A stretch of DNA of 63,805 nucleotides, counting the filler, from Craspedostauros australis (Eukaryota), in assembly GCA_030167865.1 (NCBI GenBank). It is 21 parts of 21 records of this genome, joined end to end, with 100 filler letters (N's around TTAATTAATTAA, not from the genome) between each part and the next. Parts side by side here need not be neighbours in the genome. Positions count along the whole stretch, not along the records: positions 59,922 to 61,511 come from JALAGF010002853.1; positions 61,612 to 62,619 come from JALAGF010002861.1; positions 62,720 to 63,805 come from JALAGF010002871.1; 18 more parts are not named here. One strand, written 5' to 3'. How positions within the stretch are numbered: the stretch's first letter is position 1; each line of letters opens with the position of its first letter. Under the pieces are notes generated by a model. That model had not been told where the DNA came from. It saw only the letters and a list, made by a program, of their open reading frames with translations, and did no database searches. Shown in pieces: positions 60,217-63,805 of this stretch. A program made the translations under genes and the position numbers.

Positions 60217-61511
60217 ATGAGCGNCCAAGGAGAAGACACGAGCATCAGCAGCGAAGAACGCAGGCTGGAGGCCTTCGTGGAGCGGCTCAACCAACAAGCC
60301 GCTCAAGCCCTTCGAGATCTCAACGAATCACGAATCTCGCGAGGAGCTAACCCCATCCCAGCTCGGCAAGGGGACCAAACGGCCACCGGGCAAGAAGAAG
60401 GCGACCTCGCCCAAGACAACACCGGGGATGCCAACAACCCACCGAACCCGGGTGAAACCGAGGGAACCGCAGGACGCGAAGGGAACGTAGGCAACCAAAC
60501 TGGATCCACTGGAGGTGCCTTTCCCTTTGACGCCGACGAAGACCCCATCGGACCCGAAACCACGTACGTGGCGTACGAAAGCGAAGACAAGCCAGAGAAA
60601 CCCATCATGGGTGGTCTCACTAAGGCCGGTCGCCACTGGGTACCATGGACGGGAGGTAAACCGAACGTCGAATGGACAGGCCTCGCTGAAGACGCAGCCC
60701 TGTCCTACGACAGCTCCCAACAGCAGTGCGTCCTCCACAACGGCTCGGACTCCAAGAACCAACCGGAGCGGGAGAAAGGCATCCGCCCACGCTTCCGAAT
60801 CGGGGACAACCGCCAGCGCATGCTGCGCCTCCTCAAGGACCACATGTCCACCGCAGGTCTCATCTCGATGACCTACATGAGGAGCAACGAACACCCTGAT
60901 GAGATGGTGTGCGTCCTCGACGCCCCAGGCAGCACCACCATCAGCCAAGCCACCGACCACCACGACACCTATCGCCACTTGTGGGATCGATACGACAAGC
61001 AGAACAACGCATCTGCCGCTCGATTCCTACGCGACAGCCTTGACCCCGACCTCGAAGACCGNNNNNNNNNNNNNNNNNNNNNNNNNNNNNNNNNNNNNNN
61101 NNNNNNNNNNNNNNNNNNNNNNNNNNNNNNNNNNNNNNNNNNNNNNNNNGACAAGTACGCACGGCTCCAAGAGAAGGTCAGAAAGACCACGCCCCAGAAG
61201 TTCCAGGGAGAGAACATCCAAGCCATGGCTGACGCTCTTCGCATCATGTGCAAGGAACTTCAAGACGCCGACCAGTTCGAGATTTCGCTCCTCCGTACCA
61301 TGACAGACAACTTCTTCATGGCAGGAGGCAGAACCACGTCAGGAGAACGATACCGTCATCGAATCCTCGACATCAGCGACCGACTCAGACGACTCATCGA
61401 AGACAAGTCCCTCAAGACCTACGAGCAAGCGGAACCCCACCTTCTCCGCGAGGACCTCACGTGGATGGACATCTGCAGCGTAGCCGAGGATGCCTATCTC
61501 GACGAACTGCA
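60217..61511 (+). mobile_element. probable LTR-retrotransposon gag-like ORF, 3'-partial
   Basis: WTGGKPN, WDRYDKQNNASAARFLRDSLDPDL, PQKFQGENI; resemblance to diatom copia gag is from memory. Confidence 0.55.
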
Positions 61512-62720
61512 NNNNNNNNNNNNNNNNNNNNNNNNNNNNNNNNNNNNNNNNNNNNTTAATTAATTAANNNNNNNNNNNNNNNNNNNNNNNNNNNNNNNNN
61601 NNNNNNNNNNNTTCTATCAATTGGAGGAGGAGGCTAACAAGCTGCGTTTGGTGGGAGTCGACAAGCGGCCACGAATCGCCTCCGCCAGCGTTTGATCTGC
61701 GCATCCCTATGAGAGCAATCGATTCTGGACCACGACCACCAGATACACAGAACCAACCACGCTGTGGCTTGGCGATGCATCCGTGTTTGATGGCGAAGAC
61801 GAGAAGATGATGAAGCGGGTCGACCCAGAGGTGCACCTTGGCAGCAAGCTCAAATCGCTACCGAGTCAATTCGATTCGAAAGGTTTGGACGTCATGCAAC
61901 GCATCGCAGAAAGCAAGGACGGCACTGATGCTCTGCACATCATCNTGTCGAAGAGGCGTCCCCACGAACAAGCAGACNCACCTTNCTCTACGCCTATGGT
62001 GCCTTTGAGGTCGTGTCGGTCCGCATTACAACCTGCAACAGGTCTGGAATGGTGGGAATGTGGCGGCGTCTGCGCGGAAACCAACATGTACGGTGGCGGA
62101 GCATTCGGTCCAGGCTGGCATCAGGTGAGTGACAAGTGTTGTTGATGTTGCTGCTGCTGCTGTGTATGATCGTGTTGTACACTTGCGCATTTGCACCTGG
62201 CATGTGCGCGGCGCAGAGCAGACCAAAAAATCAGGAATGGAAAGCGTNCACAAAACAGGCGCATTGAAGGAGTACGACTTTCAGAGATTGTGGGGACATA
62301 TGCCATTGATTCCTTGATTCTATTCCATTCGTATTCCCACTTCAATTCACATCATACTCACAATTGAATCAATCTCCGATTGGTTGGCATGGCATGATAT
62401 GATATGATACGAACTGCGCCCATTCTGTGGTACTGCTCGCACACACTCTCATCCCGAATGATGGACTCCACTCCAACCATCCGTCTGAATTGCTGCAATA
62501 TCGTCTTGCTGGAGGCCGCGGTGCACGAAAAGCGTACCAAACCACACAAAGACTTCATCGCAGCTGCTGAGGATTTGATTTCGTCGAAGTATGAAAAGCC
62601 AAAACATTGGTCATCCACGNNNNNNNNNNNNNNNNNNNNNNNNNNNNNNNNNNNNNNNNNNNNTTAATTAATTAANNNNNNNNNNNNNNNNNNNNNNNNN
62701 NNNNNNNNNNNNNNNNNNNT

Positions 62721-63805
62721 CGGATCCGGATATTGCATTCATTGGCCTCTCGCCACACCGTTTTCACCCAGCATGCCGTAGCCAGGAATTCCCATTCGTT
62801 GTACTTTACTTCGAACATGGACGTTCCGGCCCCGACCTCCGTCTTCATCGCTTGTATGCATCCCCGCATCAGTTTGCCCGTCATGGTCGCTCTGTCGCCG
62901 TGCTCGAGTATCATCTTCATATGTTCCACCACTTGTGTGGTATGAAGCTCGTGAAGATTCGCCCCTAGCCACTCGTCCGTCGCGTAGGCCATCTCCCTTG
63001 GAAACCCCCGGTTGAGGCCAATCTTTGACATCATCGTCTTCCAGACTGGCTTCATAATCCTGTTGCATTGTTCCCTCGATAGTTGTGCCACTGGCAGCAC
63101 ATATTCCAGCTTTTTCATCAGAACTGTCCGTATCGCCGTCTCCGCATCTTCCTGTCGCATACGCCACGACTTCACATTCTCAACCCACTTCTCCGCCTTG
63201 CTTCTTAACGTGGCCTCTATCGCTGACCCGTTGCCATCGGGCGCAAGCTTCACACCTAATGTTTCGAATGCTTGCTCGCTTCCGCTTCTTGGCATCGCTT
63301 GCGGTACTCCCGTAGTCCCCTTCATCATCAGCTTGGCTGGCGTCTCTGNGTCCGTCGCATATCGCCACGTGCCGTCGCTGTTCCACTTGAAATCGACAGC
63401 CCACCACATACATTTNTCCACNACCAGTGCGCCGCCTGTCGCTCTTGCCANGNTCTCCCACGATTGTACNCTCCGCTGCATGCGCTGGATCGTTTGTTGT
63501 ACGTCCTCGCCTTCCCGTGCGTTTACCACCAAATCCGTGTCATCCACAAATGCATACCCCACCATCTCCACGTCTTCTCCGCTCGCCGCTGTTCGGAAGT
63601 TGGCTGTGTGCCCTTCTCGTTTCATGATTTCCAGTACTGGCGATGAGATCACTGCCCATATCACCGGCCCTGCTCCATTCCCTTGGTAAATACCCTGCAT
63701 TGGTACCACCCATCGCTTGCCTCCGTACGTGAGTCGAGATTCGCCGTACGCAGTCCTGATGTAGTGCTCAAGTTGCTGGAGTGTGCTGAACATACACACC
63801 ACTTC
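62721..63805 (-). mobile_element. non-LTR retrotransposon (Ambal-like) reverse transcriptase fragment
   Basis: IRTAYGES, QGIYQGNGAGP, GYAFVDDTD, ATGGAL..KC.WW, ETLGV. Confidence 0.92.

Noticed and set aside
61612..62629. Possible coding fragment (61783-62145)
   Set aside because: Many Ns and stops; no recognisable motif
10956..62720. Regularly recurring TTAATTAATTAA as a biological repeat or piggyBac TTAA sites
   Set aside because: Always centred in 44+44 Ns; it is an assembly linker with stops in six frames

Overview
Eukaryotic DNA, most likely from a raphid pennate diatom, judged from the 18S V4 sequence, diatom-type Ty1/copia elements, Ambal-like LINEs and AAA_16 genes. The window is not contiguous. 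It is about 21 contigs joined by an artificial 100-bp spacer (N44-TTAATTAATTAA-N44), so adjacency across spacers means nothing. The first 11 kb is ordinary gene space: a 3-exon OTU deubiquitinase, an At4g14100-like protein, an LRR protein and hypotheticals. Most of the rest is decayed Ty1/copia elements, nested LTRs and non-LTR retrotransposon pieces. Scattered among them are a GT10 fucosyltransferase, an RPL10A pseudogene, STAND/AAA ATPase genes and mucin-like or Cys-rich protein fragments. The standout is contig 15702-18656: a divergent nuclear 18S rRNA gene fragment whose 865 nt of rRNA are split into 10 exons (as short as 11 and 20 nt) by 10 spliceosomal-type GT-AG introns. Removing the introns restores the conserved rRNA sequence exactly at every junction, and compensatory base-pair changes span some introns. 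All family assignments are by eye, without database searches.
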